64,000 nt of DNA from a virus. Taxonomy: Duplodnaviria > Caudoviricetes. The position numbers were made by a program, and so were the translations under genes. The stretch is from the IMG/VR virus record IMGVR_UViG_3300013121_000046; one strand, given 5' to 3'. Numbering within the stretch: the stretch's first letter is position 1; each line of letters opens with the position of its first letter. Below, in pieces: positions 44,296 to 55,400 of the stretch. Below the pieces are notes generated by a model that worked only from the letters and a program-made list of their open reading frames with translations, made no database searches and was not told the origin of the DNA.

Positions 44296-45900
44296 TCAAA
44301 ATTCCTGTATCTGCTTCAGCCGAGTAGCCTTTACACGAGTCTTAAACAGTTCCCGAGCAATATCTATCGGGGATACCTCAGAATCTGTCAAAGACATTTC
44401 TCCCCGACTAGCTAAGTTAGATAGTGATCCGAACTTAGCTGTAAGTACTGAATCCACATATTCATCTAAAGAGTCTTCACAGCTTAAATGCCAAACGCAA
44501 ATAAATGAGTGGTTCGAGCCAAACCTGCGAGCCCTACCTACCACCTGAGTGTACTGTCCGGGAGACCAAGGCCTGGAAATAAAGATCAAATGCTTGGCAA
44601 CCTGCAAGTTCAACCCCTCTCCACCAGCGTCCGTCAACAAAATGATTTGTCTTTCCCCAGCCAAAAATTGACTTTTTGCTAGTTCTCTGCTCTTTTCTGA
44701 ATCCTTTCCTGTAATACGAGCACATGAGAATTGATCCTTACATAGCTGTTCATAATAGGCATCTATTGTATCAGAATAAGGACAATAACATATCACTTGT
44801 TCATCCACAATATCCTCCCTAAGTACGTCTAATAGAAGATCATACTTAGGATTATTTTCGCTGTATTCTTTCTTAGGAGAATTCAATATCTGCTGTGCCT
44901 GAGATAGGATTGGTGCCACATCCTTTTCTTCCATATCTTTATCTAAGAGACCCGCCTCAACTTTCTGATAGACTTCCCTATGATTCAACCCTATCTCACA
45001 AGTCCTAACCAACAGACTAATTTGAGGACGAGTCTTACCAATTTCCGTATCCATTCTTCCTAAGAATATGGGACTAATTCTTTCTCGATACTCCTCTAAA
45101 TTTTTATACTTCAGAAATTTCTTAACCCAAACACCTTGAGGATGGTAGGTTGTTCTACCATTCCTACCTCGAAGATAGTAGGTTAACTCTTTCCCATATT
45201 CACAGTACAGAGATTCAAATACTTGCAATGAGCATAACTCGGGTACAAAAGCTGAGACAACAGCCTGAGCATTATGGGCTCGATTCTTTGCTAAGGTTGC
45301 CGTTAAGCCGTGTGCCCTATCGGCCAGAGCAATGATCTCCCCCCCAATCTTATGCGTCTTTGTTCCGGGATTACCTAATTTTTGAGCCTCATCAAAAGTC
45401 ACCTGAGTATTACATAACCAATCCACTCCATATCTTTCTTTGAAGACTTCCCAATTGAGTACCATCTGTGCCCAATTACTTATAAGAACACTACCTGGAG
45501 TGTTGACAAATTCTTCAAATATCTGTAGTCTCTGATGTTTGTTCAAGCTGACTTGACTCTTAGATCGTAAAGCAAAAACATTAGCCTTGGGTATAAACCT
45601 AAGTATCTCTTCTTGCCACTGTTTAACTACAGACTTCGGTGTTATCACCCATAGGCTGAGAGGGGGTAACCCTTTGTTTTGCCTATTCTGACTACACAAT
45701 ACCCAAGCAAATAACTCCTGAATGGTTTTTCCAGCCCCAACCGGATCACCTAGAATAAACACTTTCTGAGTAGAAAGATGGGCTACCCCAACTCGTTGGA
45801 ATGGATACAGAACATACTCGGGATTCCAACACTCAGGCACCGGTAAATTTGGCGCATCCCCAGCAGTACGAATCTGACTTAACACTTCCGCTAAGCTCAT
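44296..45900 (-). CDS. SNF2-family helicase
   Basis: LYPFQRVGV, GDPVGAGKT, FDEAQKL, LTAT, AGGEGLNLQ, PWSPGQYTQVVGRARRFG. Confidence 0.9.
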   Translation of the reverse strand: MSLAEVLSQIRTAGDAPNLPVPECWNPEYVLYPFQRVGVAHLSTQKVFILGDPVGAGKTIQELFAWVLCSQNRQNKGLPPLSLWVITPKSVVKQWQEEILRFIPKANVFALRSKSQVSLNKHQRLQIFEEFVNTPGSVLISNWAQMVLNWEVFKERYGVDWLCNTQVTFDEAQKLGNPGTKTHKIGGEIIALADRAHGLTATLAKNRAHNAQAVVSAFVPELCSLQVFESLYCEYGKELTYYLRGRNGRTTYHPQGVWVKKFLKYKNLEEYRERISPIFLGRMDTEIGKTRPQISLLVRTCEIGLNHREVYQKVEAGLLDKDMEEKDVAPILSQAQQILNSPKKEYSENNPKYDLLLDVLREDIVDEQVICYCPYSDTIDAYYEQLCKDQFSCARITGKDSEKSRELAKSQFLAGERQIILLTDAGGEGLNLQVAKHLIFISRPWSPGQYTQVVGRARRFGSNHSFICVWHLSCEDSLDEYVDSVLTAKFGSLSNLASRGEMSLTDSEVSPIDIARELFKTRVKATRLKQIQEF

Positions 45901-47240
45901 GCCTGGTTAGGTCCTAACTCCGCTGAGATTAAGGCCTCTGCTAAACTAACAGGGAATCCCACTGGGAATAGTAAAGTCTGCTGCGGATGATACGGGGGTG
46001 TTTGAGTATAAACAGCATCCGGAAGATTTGCTGCCCGATTCACATCATTAAAAACATGGTGCGGACTGTGTACAGTGAAATCTACCTGAGGATTACCCAC
46101 AGTTAGTGTGGTAGAACAAACTGTGGGATACTCATAACCCAAAGCGGCAGTAATAAAAACATCCCCAGAATCCAGAAAACTAGTTAGTTTAGCCTTACGT
46201 ACTACCGTTTTATTTATACCCCTGGGTAAACCTAAAATAGGGCGGGGCGGCGAGACCACTAAATAGGCACAGGGAGAGATTATAGGTTCTCCATTTTCTC
46301 TTCTGGCCTGTAAAACTCTCAGATCCCCATACGTGTACATCAAAACCCGAGTACACCGGCTCAGTTTTCCAAGCCTCCCCCAAGCCAAATCATAATCTAT
46401 AACCGTAGCTGCCTCAGCCAAACTTAATCCAGTAATATCCCGACCCGTCTCCGGAATAGTGACCGGGACTTTTTGAAAAACTTCTCGTAGATACTCAGCA
46501 AACTCATTCCTAGGAAAGAACCAATCCTCTGGGCCTAACCCAGAACCACTGTCCAAATTATACTGGAACAAGAAGGCATCGGACCAAGGAGCAACCCAAA
46601 ACCTAGTTAAGTCAAAAGGGCCAATTCTCCCAAAGTCACCAGAGTACTCCGGAACATCTCGAACCGTAGTATAAATTTCATTTTCTGGCTGGAGGTCAGA
46701 GTAAGTATCATCTTGTCGATAATCTACGTCTTCATCTGTAGGATCGAATGCTGGTGATACACCAGGGAAAACACTTTCCCCTATCCCTTCCGAGCTATAA
46801 TAGATCGTGGGAGGTGAACCTACGGTAGGGGGTGAACCACCTGAATCTGCCCCTTGGGTAGGGCTCCAAGCATTGACCCAATAGAAAAGCACATATCTGC
46901 CTGAGGTGGGATCAAATAGCAAGGTAGGATCGCTGGCTGACTCAAGATAGCTGGCAGCATGGGGAACCCCACCTTTTTGCCCATGTGTCAAACAAATTAC
47001 CGGAATCTTACTTACCCCAGATTGCCTCTGACAGGTGTTCCACAAAGATAATATTCTGGTACCAGCCCCATAAATAAACGGAGTTGTAGCTTGAGAAACT
47101 CTACAAAAAGGTAAAAGGTTATCCCCGGCCTCATCTACCAAAATATAGGGTTCTGTGGGGGTAGATAGAAAACTAACTCCCACAGAAAAATTCTCTCCGT
47201 TAACTGCTACTGTTGAAGATATTTTTCTAAATGTGGTCAT
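45897..47240 (-). CDS. putative virion structural protein, paralog family member 1
   Basis: Shares the N-terminal PH..FD..(F/Y)W.NAWSP domain with the next two genes. Confidence 0.6.
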   Translation of the reverse strand: MTTFRKISSTVAVNGENFSVGVSFLSTPTEPYILVDEAGDNLLPFCRVSQATTPFIYGAGTRILSLWNTCQRQSGVSKIPVICLTHGQKGGVPHAASYLESASDPTLLFDPTSGRYVLFYWVNAWSPTQGADSGGSPPTVGSPPTIYYSSEGIGESVFPGVSPAFDPTDEDVDYRQDDTYSDLQPENEIYTTVRDVPEYSGDFGRIGPFDLTRFWVAPWSDAFLFQYNLDSGSGLGPEDWFFPRNEFAEYLREVFQKVPVTIPETGRDITGLSLAEAATVIDYDLAWGRLGKLSRCTRVLMYTYGDLRVLQARRENGEPIISPCAYLVVSPPRPILGLPRGINKTVVRKAKLTSFLDSGDVFITAALGYEYPTVCSTTLTVGNPQVDFTVHSPHHVFNDVNRAANLPDAVYTQTPPYHPQQTLLFPVGFPVSLAEALISAELGPNQA

Positions 47241-48697
47241 ATCGAAGTCCTATCGCATTTCGCGGCTAAGACTTCAGAAAGAAAACAATCTACTGGATCC
47301 CCTAAGACAAAATCTGTGTGAGGACTGAACTGTCGGTATCCCGTAGAACCTATACCTGAATATTCCAAGACACCCATCTGAAAAGAGGTTTCCGAGTAGT
47401 CCTGAGCCGGATACAGGACTCGATCCGGACTGGTCATAAACCTATAATTGGTACTTAGTTTATTCCAAAATATGGGTTTAGGATGCTCCAAGACTAAAAC
47501 CTCTCTTACAGCACCAGTTAAAGGTAGTGCAGGCCAAGGGGGCCTGTCTGTAGTATCCCCAGGTATACTTAACTTTTTAGGCTCTATCTGAAAGCTTCCG
47601 GACTCTAATTTACCCCGGGCGTGCATCAAAACCGGAGTAGCCATAACCAAAGATCTATGGTCAACATGAGCCCTAAGGGCCTTTATACACACAGCAAAAT
47701 CCTGAATCGTAGCCGTTTCAGGCAGGGTTTCTAGCTCACCAGGAAGTGAAAAAATCCCACCCCTAATTGGGGCAGTAGAATTCTCCTCCCCAGGTGCAGC
47801 AGGAGTGAACTCAGGAAAATCTTTAGCCGAAGCTAGCCTAAGATACTCCCCCGCTGCGACAATTCCGCCACGATAAACCCAGTTACTAGGATTCCCTTGA
47901 CCGAACCCTAAAAAATCCCCACTAGTTAACTCCGGTTCTTCCGCTAAATTATTAGGGTTTGGATAATCCAAGATACCTCTTCTTACCATATCCCGTAAAA
48001 GTCTACCTCCAGGAGAATCAGGAATTCTCTGTGGGCCATCCAACAGACTCTCCCCCCTAGTTAAACAATGGGGCCAACCAGGTAGAGCATCAAATAAATA
48101 GCCCTCAGAAAGTGGTGCAATCCAAAAGGGCCTACGTGGATCAAACTCTCCGGGTAACACATTGGGTGCTAAACTCTTAAAATACGGCATATTCCTTGGG
48201 TGCGGTACCCCATGTTCCATGTATTTATTTAATGGGGGTGCCGGGAGGGATACAGTCTGTAACTCCGGGGGGATAACATTCACTGAACCTGGCGGACTAG
48301 GAGTCTGTGATATCTCGACATAAGGAATCAACCAATCTGGACTCCAAGCGTTCCACCACCAATAGCAATGCACTGTCTCTGTGGCTCGATCAAAAGCAGC
48401 CGACACCTGCACGGCGTTGTGTAGCGGGTATACAAAGTGAGGAGCCGAGCCTAAGTCCCTACCCTTTACTAGAACCGGAACTATGTCTCGCCTACTCTGC
48501 TGCTCGGGAAAGGAAACACTAAATACCACTCTAGTCCCTAAGGGGACTACTTCTGTAATCCGATATTCCGGGAGTGACCCGTTCTCAGGAATAAAAACCG
48601 AAGGGGGGATTGAGTATGGTGCAGCTTCAGATAGCAGCACCACCGGGTCTCCACCCAGTCTACCTATTGCAGTAACGTTTTTTCCTACAACAGCCAT
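47237..48697 (-). CDS. putative virion structural protein, paralog family member 2
   Basis: SAPHFVYPL..AFDRATETVHCYWWWNAWSP; FWIAPLSEGYLFD parallels FWVAPWSDAFLFQ in member 1. Confidence 0.6.
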   Translation of the reverse strand: MAVVGKNVTAIGRLGGDPVVLLSEAAPYSIPPSVFIPENGSLPEYRITEVVPLGTRVVFSVSFPEQQSRRDIVPVLVKGRDLGSAPHFVYPLHNAVQVSAAFDRATETVHCYWWWNAWSPDWLIPYVEISQTPSPPGSVNVIPPELQTVSLPAPPLNKYMEHGVPHPRNMPYFKSLAPNVLPGEFDPRRPFWIAPLSEGYLFDALPGWPHCLTRGESLLDGPQRIPDSPGGRLLRDMVRRGILDYPNPNNLAEEPELTSGDFLGFGQGNPSNWVYRGGIVAAGEYLRLASAKDFPEFTPAAPGEENSTAPIRGGIFSLPGELETLPETATIQDFAVCIKALRAHVDHRSLVMATPVLMHARGKLESGSFQIEPKKLSIPGDTTDRPPWPALPLTGAVREVLVLEHPKPIFWNKLSTNYRFMTSPDRVLYPAQDYSETSFQMGVLEYSGIGSTGYRQFSPHTDFVLGDPVDCFLSEVLAAKCDRTSI

Positions 48698-48700
48698 AAA

Positions 48701-51700
48701 TCACACAGGCCATAGGGGACGAATTCTTTTACCAACGGGGGTCATGGCATCAATGTTGGCATAATTTTCAGCTACATCAACATAACCTAGGCCCTTTGTA
48801 CTCTCCACCACAGACACTGTTGCATTAAGATCCTCTCCGGGCACTATTTCCAATGTGTCCACATCAGTATTAGCAAGGTCACCTATAAAATTAACCGCAA
48901 CTGAACTATTCGAGATTCCAGTTACCGTAGAATTTCCAACCCCTAAAATTGTGTCCAAGGCTGTCTGTAAAACAGTTACAGAGGCATTGACTTCAGTCTC
49001 ATCGTATAGTAGGGGACCCGCCACCATATCTTGATACCTAACGTGATAACTCCCATACACGGAAGATCCCAGAAACTGAAGTTGCTGAAGGTTTCCAGTG
49101 ATTCGTCGGATAGATACCTTTCCAGGAATAGCCGCCGCTGCTAACACTGAAAGATCCGGGCTACTCTCCAAAGTCGTCAGTAAATAGGACCCATCAGTCG
49201 ATGGGTTGACTACTACGGCCCTAAATTGTGCTGCATAAGTCGAACTTAGATTCATCGCGATAGGAGTACTGGCTGCTTGACGAATAGCCAACTGAATTTG
49301 TTCTGCAAAATAAATAGGATCAATCCCCTCCGCATAGGATATGGGTTCAGTCTTTACATCAATCAAAGGTCCTCCGGAGATAGCTCCGGTAAAGAGCTTT
49401 ATTTTGAAAGTACCACTTCCATTAAGACTAGGAACTACTGTAAAAGTAATCGTCTGAACTTCAGTCTGATTCCTTAAATCCGGTAGTGACGGTTCTGGTT
49501 CCGGAGGCTCACCAGCATAGGGATCCTCTCGGTCGTCCACTAGATCAAAGAAATCACAAGGGTTACTAGTAGTCCAGTCTAAGGCGGGATTCCCTGTGTA
49601 TGTGGCTTGGGGTATAGCCCTTAACAATGAGGCATTGAATTGCATCCCCGGAACTAAACTCGTAATCGGAGAGGGGTCCAACACTGCACTGTTAAATCCC
49701 GCCAGGGAGTATGGTGCTGAGCCTCCCAATACAGTATTTTCCCCCGAGTTTTCAGAACTTACCGGGGTAGGATAATCAAGAACTAAGTATGTTGCTGAGT
49801 GCTGAGTTGATTCGGCCTCTGGTATGGGTATACCACTAGTGTCAGTTTGAACAGAACCACAAGTAATTGCGGGGACACCTAAAACTAACGTTAGCACTTT
49901 CCTAGTACAAAGACCCGTGGAAGTGTCTGTGACTTGAATCTGAAAAGCCCAGACTCCTGGAGAATTGGATACAGTTTCCGACTCTAATCCTATTCGTCCA
50001 GTGGTCGTATCCAGAGTTAGGCCTGAAGGTGGTATACCTTCTCCCTCGATACTCCACACATAGGGCCCAGTACCATTTACAACTTCTGGGTGTAGCACAA
50101 AGATTGCTTCTTCACCCGAATCCACGACAAACTCTGAATCTAATTCTATGCGAAGAGGGGAGTCTACCGTATCTGGTATCTCACAAGGTAATTGTGTTGT
50201 CGGCTCCTCACTACCATAAATTCCCCCCAAAATTTCTATGTGTAAGGTCTTTTCGATTCCCACCCCCTGCGCATCTGTGATCTGTACCCGAAATAGAAAA
50301 GACCCAGATACATCGGGCCTACCATAGAAGAAACCAGAAGAATGCAAAAATAACCCCGCAGGTACACCACCACCCTGTAAAACTTGATTTGCGTTCGGTA
50401 GTAAATCACCCGTAACAGGATCACTGTAATCAGACGCATCTCTAACTATATCTGTTCCACCCAACTGCCTTAAACCGAAAGAGAATGGAGGTGTACCTCC
50501 CAAGGGTAAGAGCACCTGTCCGATCTCACCTTGAGTCAAAAGAAAGTATCCGGGTAAACCTAAACCTGGGACAGCAACTATCTCAGAATCAATTGCCTCT
50601 AGACGATTATCACCAGCGTACACTACCCACTGTATTCCGGGTCTTAGGTCCTCTAAACTTAGCCGCAACTGACCGAAGAAAGCCTCCCCTCTCGCAGAAG
50701 AAAATTCCTCAGTAACAGTCAGTAGTTCAATCTTCCCAGTCGCGAGCATTAAGGTCCTAGTGCTGACTCCGAGCGCCTGTACCTCTCTTTGCATATACAG
50801 ATGGTTTGTGTGGGATTGCTGATCGGATTCTGCTAGATTTCTAAAACTTACCAGATTTCCCCGATCTTGGATTGTCTCCATTGAGACATAGCCTGGTATC
50901 GGGGGGAGAGACAGATGGTGACCTTCCTCTTGGAGAGGGTCCCGTAATTTACCTTCCGCTGTACCCCCAGCATTCAACGTCTTATCTAAGGAGAAGCGGT
51001 TAAACACTCCTGCGGGAGTGTGGGTGGGCGGATCACCTACTTCATGCCGAGCCGCCCCATACTGTGTTACTGCTGAGGAGTGTGGTTCAGAGGGGGGAAC
51101 TGTCAAGCCAGCCCCCGTTGGTGTATCCCTATCGGGCTCTAATTGAAAAGGATTCTCTAACCTCTTAAACACAATTAAAAGCTTACCACTTCCTTCCCAG
51201 CTAAGTATTATCTCCCCATAAAAAGTACTCCCTACCGAAATTTCTAGAGACTGTGGCTCTAAGACAGTATTTACTACATAGGAAAAGGCCGTTACGGTCT
51301 GTACTTCCACGGCAAATTCTAAACCATACAGAAATGTTAGAACGTCTGATATAGTATCTTGTATATGATCGCTATCCTCGGTGGATAGAAATACCTTACG
51401 GCTAATACTATTCAAAGTAAAAGTTACATCCCCACTTAAGGGATCCAAAAGACTTGGAATAGGCGTAAACCTATTTTCCCACCACCAAACCAGTACCTCT
51501 TGTGTAACATTATTATATGTGACGTGCGGATCAATTACATTTCTTAAGTAATGCACAATATGAGGAGAAGCCCCTGAAACTGTGTCCCGATCTCTAACTA
51601 TTACTGGAGTAAAACTCTCATGGACACCAGAAATACTTTCAGAAAACCAAAGGAGTCTCTCCTGAGCCCAAGGAGTTTCTGGACACAGGAAAGCCGCTGG

Positions 51701-51844
51701 ACCCAGGCCACTATCCGGGTCTACGAATCTATAGAATCGGCAAATGCCACGATTCCTTTGGGCGTGTTCCGAAAGTAACACGCCAACTTCGCCTGTATCC
51801 AGTACAAAGATAGCTGGATACCTCCCGATAATGGGCATGAGCAC
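48701..51844 (-). CDS. large virion protein with putative Ig (He_PIG-like) domains, paralog family member 3
   Basis: ASPHIVHYL..WWWENRFTP; GGTPPFSF..VPAGLFL..YGRPDVSGSFLFRVQITD; GTGPYVWSI..PPSGLTLDTTTGRI; EVQTITF repeat type. Confidence 0.7.
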   Translation of the reverse strand: MLMPIIGRYPAIFVLDTGEVGVLLSEHAQRNRGICRFYRFVDPDSGLGPAAFLCPETPWAQERLLWFSESISGVHESFTPVIVRDRDTVSGASPHIVHYLRNVIDPHVTYNNVTQEVLVWWWENRFTPIPSLLDPLSGDVTFTLNSISRKVFLSTEDSDHIQDTISDVLTFLYGLEFAVEVQTVTAFSYVVNTVLEPQSLEISVGSTFYGEIILSWEGSGKLLIVFKRLENPFQLEPDRDTPTGAGLTVPPSEPHSSAVTQYGAARHEVGDPPTHTPAGVFNRFSLDKTLNAGGTAEGKLRDPLQEEGHHLSLPPIPGYVSMETIQDRGNLVSFRNLAESDQQSHTNHLYMQREVQALGVSTRTLMLATGKIELLTVTEEFSSARGEAFFGQLRLSLEDLRPGIQWVVYAGDNRLEAIDSEIVAVPGLGLPGYFLLTQGEIGQVLLPLGGTPPFSFGLRQLGGTDIVRDASDYSDPVTGDLLPNANQVLQGGGVPAGLFLHSSGFFYGRPDVSGSFLFRVQITDAQGVGIEKTLHIEILGGIYGSEEPTTQLPCEIPDTVDSPLRIELDSEFVVDSGEEAIFVLHPEVVNGTGPYVWSIEGEGIPPSGLTLDTTTGRIGLESETVSNSPGVWAFQIQVTDTSTGLCTRKVLTLVLGVPAITCGSVQTDTSGIPIPEAESTQHSATYLVLDYPTPVSSENSGENTVLGGSAPYSLAGFNSAVLDPSPITSLVPGMQFNASLLRAIPQATYTGNPALDWTTSNPCDFFDLVDDREDPYAGEPPEPEPSLPDLRNQTEVQTITFTVVPSLNGSGTFKIKLFTGAISGGPLIDVKTEPISYAEGIDPIYFAEQIQLAIRQAASTPIAMNLSSTYAAQFRAVVVNPSTDGSYLLTTLESSPDLSVLAAAAIPGKVSIRRITGNLQQLQFLGSSVYGSYHVRYQDMVAGPLLYDETEVNASVTVLQTALDTILGVGNSTVTGISNSSVAVNFIGDLANTDVDTLEIVPGEDLNATVSVVESTKGLGYVDVAENYANIDAMTPVGKRIRPLWPV

Positions 51845-51859
51845 ACTCCTACAAAATCC

Positions 51860-52411
51860 TTAGCCTCGAAATTTCCCTGCGTTATTTCTCCACAAGTATG
51901 CCCAACGTTCCCCGGGAGTCTCTTTTCCTCCGTGCCTATAGAAATTGAATTGCTGAGCGTAGGGTTCAGCTATCATCTCGATATACAAAGACTCAATTGT
52001 TACTACAACCCCAGTTTGAATTTCAACTAAGTTGATAATCACTTCCGCCGGAGAAACATCCTTGTTCAAAATCGGACCATCTACTGTAAAAGAATACCAG
52101 GCTGACTCTTCCGTTAATTCAACATCCTCCGGGCCGTACACTTTTGAAAGTACCAATTCCAAAGTTAGAATGGCAATCCCACTGGCTTTCGCTCTTAGAT
52201 AAACTGTAACAGAATCTACCGTATTCGTTTCAGGGACTGGCCCACAACCCCAAATTTGACCCAAATCCAAATCATCTTCGGAGACTAGAACAGAGTCAGT
52301 CGCTACTGTATCTATATCAGGATAGACGATTTGTGTGAGAGTGGGGCTATAATTTTCCCAGACTTGATTTACAGCCGAACTTGGAAACATTCTATTAGTT
52401 TGCAGCGTCAT
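51860..52411 (-). CDS. single beta-sandwich (jelly-roll-like) domain protein
   Basis: Same architecture as the repeats in the giant neighbour (SVTVYLRAK..ELTEESAWYSF..VTIESLYIEM). Confidence 0.6.
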   Translation of the reverse strand: MTLQTNRMFPSSAVNQVWENYSPTLTQIVYPDIDTVATDSVLVSEDDLDLGQIWGCGPVPETNTVDSVTVYLRAKASGIAILTLELVLSKVYGPEDVELTEESAWYSFTVDGPILNKDVSPAEVIINLVEIQTGVVVTIESLYIEMIAEPYAQQFNFYRHGGKETPGERWAYLWRNNAGKFRG

Positions 52412-55400
52412 TATTGTGAATTCCTAAATGTTGGTGGATCAGGCTGTCTGGCTTGCTTCACATACAAAACTCTCTTATTAGGTACCTGCTTTGTATCATC
52501 TCCCGAGGGACCAAAGAAAGCATTTGGCCCATAGGAAGTAAATGTATCCGGGCGGGAAGAGATATCCATATTTGTCTCAGTCGTCAACCCAAATATGTCA
52601 ACGACCCGTAATCGAAGCAACCAGCGTATTGGGTGTTCTCCCGATATCGCTCGCAAATCCAAAGGTCCGTTTTGCAGTAATTCCCCGGGTGTTCCGTTAT
52701 CGGTCTCAGGCGCGGTATTCCAACCTACAGCACCTTCTTGTACTCCTAGAGGAGTAAATCCTTGGGAATTAACATCGTATTCAGGATTAGTTAAATCAGC
52801 ATCCCCCGAAATATCTTCACCGCCACCAATCTGAACCGAGTAAACTTTTTCCCAAAAGGGAACTACAAATATCGGAGTTCCAGCTAAATGCACGGCTGGT
52901 TGTGTCTCATTTGCTCCCCGTACGATCTTTGTTTCCTCGATTGGAGCCCCGCCCTCATCCAATGGAGAATAGACTCTTTGCCCCGGATAATCCATGTTAA
53001 CCGTTGAGTCAATTTGAATTAATTCATTGTCAATGAGTAGACCGATCTTCGGCTTACTCTTATCATCCTGAAGAGCGTAGATATTTCTAACTAAGAATTC
53101 GGTATCCAAGGCTCCAATTGATGACGCCAAGTAGGCAACATTAACTGTTTGATAGTCCCGATCATCCGCCTGCTCATCCCCATTCCGATCTAACCAACCG
53201 TATATTTCATACCGATCCAAGACTGAATTGGCTGCCTGCTGATTCACACCACCCTTATGGGCTGTCCCAGCAATGCTCTCGATTTTGCCTAGAGTTTCAC
53301 CCTCAGTACCGTACAACAAGGTGTCACCATCCTGCCAACAACCATAATTATATGTACCATAGTTTACGGCATCATCCGGGATAGAAAGGTCAGAACCAAG
53401 GGTCCGTTCAGATAACCACTTAATCCGACCCTCAGGTTTTGTACTAGCAGGCCAAACTGAAATAACAGACTTCAAAGCCCGAGACACAATCACATCCATA
53501 GCAGCGATAAACAGCGTATTTGATGAATCAACGCCTATTGGCTCTCTTAAGTATGCTTCCACTGCTACTTGAGCCGAACGAATCTGAGCATCTGACCAAG
53601 TACCAAACCAGGATAATTCGTAGATATCAAAGCTTAATTCATCCCCTTCCTTCCTAGGAATAGTGAATCCCTCAATGGTTTTGGCACCCAAACCAAACAT
53701 TTGCCCAGAGCCATCTTGATTCTCCGCTATCAAGGGCTGAATACGCACACTTATTTCCGGACTGGGCTGAGAATACTCAGGACTTGGTGGAGGGCTAGGA
53801 GAGGGTGGTGGAGGAGGACTTGGCGGGGGTGGTGAGGGGGGCGAAGGTGGTGGAGAGGGCGGTGATGGACTGGGGGGCGGAGGGGACACTACCGAGGAGA
53901 TGGCAATAGTAAAGGTTTTAGACGAAACAGTTCCCCTAGAATCCACCACGCCCACTTGAAAATTATATAATCCAGCGGAAACTGGCGTACCGCTTAACAC
54001 TCCAGTTGAACTGAAAGATGTTCCAGGGGGGATCGTCCCGCTTAAAATTCCCCATGAATATGGGGGCTGACCATTGATTGCTTGGAATTGTAGGGAGACC
54101 GCCACCCCAACTGGTGCCGTTGGTAGTGGATCTTCTGTAATAATCTGAATTCCGGTCAAAACTGACCAATAGACCGGTTCGGAATCTGAGGCCTCAGAAG
54201 GAAGAAGCGAACCAACCAAGGCTGTAATTGTGCCACTATCCGGGGTCTCTGCTCCTAAATAAGTGATTTTCATCACCAAACTGATATTCTCATTCGCTCC
54301 AATATCAGTTGGCGGTGGATCCTCCTCCGAATTAGCGTAGAAAGCGACCTCAAATGGGTCTAAGCCACTGTCCGATACCTGGACAGAATCCCATTGAAGG
54401 TCGGTCCTACTGACCCCGGCTTGCTCATATAAAGTAACAGAGAGGTACTGACTCTGCCCGGTGGTACTAAAGGTATAGGGTTCTCTTGGGTCCTGTCCTG
54501 GGCACACCCACTGTGGGGGAACCAACTCCGAATTATACTCAAGACCCCCAAAACATAACACTAAGGATTGAGGGGACCCCGGTGGAGAGGGCGGAGGGCT
54601 TGGTGGAGGGGGGGGACTAGGCGGAGGGGGCGGTGAAGGACTAGGCGGAGGGGACGGAGGTGAAGGGGTTGGTTCCGCCTGAATCCTATGAAATACCGTG
54701 AAAGTCAAACCTGTATAGGCTGAATCCTGAACACTTAACCCGAACTGGAATAAGCCCACTGCGGTCGGTATGTCATACTCGTTATAATTTTCATCTGACA
54801 GATCGGTCTCTAGGGGAGAATACAGGAACCTACTAGAATCTTCCGGATCAACCTTAACTGTAATCCCTGGAGGTAATCCCCCTAAAGCCTCCCCCTGTGT
54901 TTCTACTAAGAAAGTATTCCAAGTGTAGGGTGGCACACCACCTTCTACCTGGAAGACAAAACCCGCCGCAGTATCCCGGTCATCAACACTAACTCCATGT
55001 TGGCCTGTAACAGCATCATATTCAGTGTCAACTGTTCCATTGGGCAAAACACTGTCAACGAAATCTGGTATTTCCAGGGGGAGTGTTATCGGAGACACTG
55101 TGACGGGAGATTCTGGGATTGCCGCATCTTGACCCAAAGCAATCCTAATTCTGATCCCGGTGTAATAATCCAAGGCTGTGAGCAAGTATGCCTCAGGGCT
55201 CGGGGGAGCCCCTGGAGGACCTGGCGGGGGAGATAGAAAGGGTGCCGTTACGGCCCCTTCGGGTACATCACTTAACCCGAAGGTAACGAGAGTAGTCTGT
55301 TCCTCATCTGTTAACGGAATATACATGTAGTCTGTATAGTCCGGGGGGTTGAAGTCCGCCCCTGGGGGGAGTAGGACTACATCTGGTAGTGGGTCTGGAT

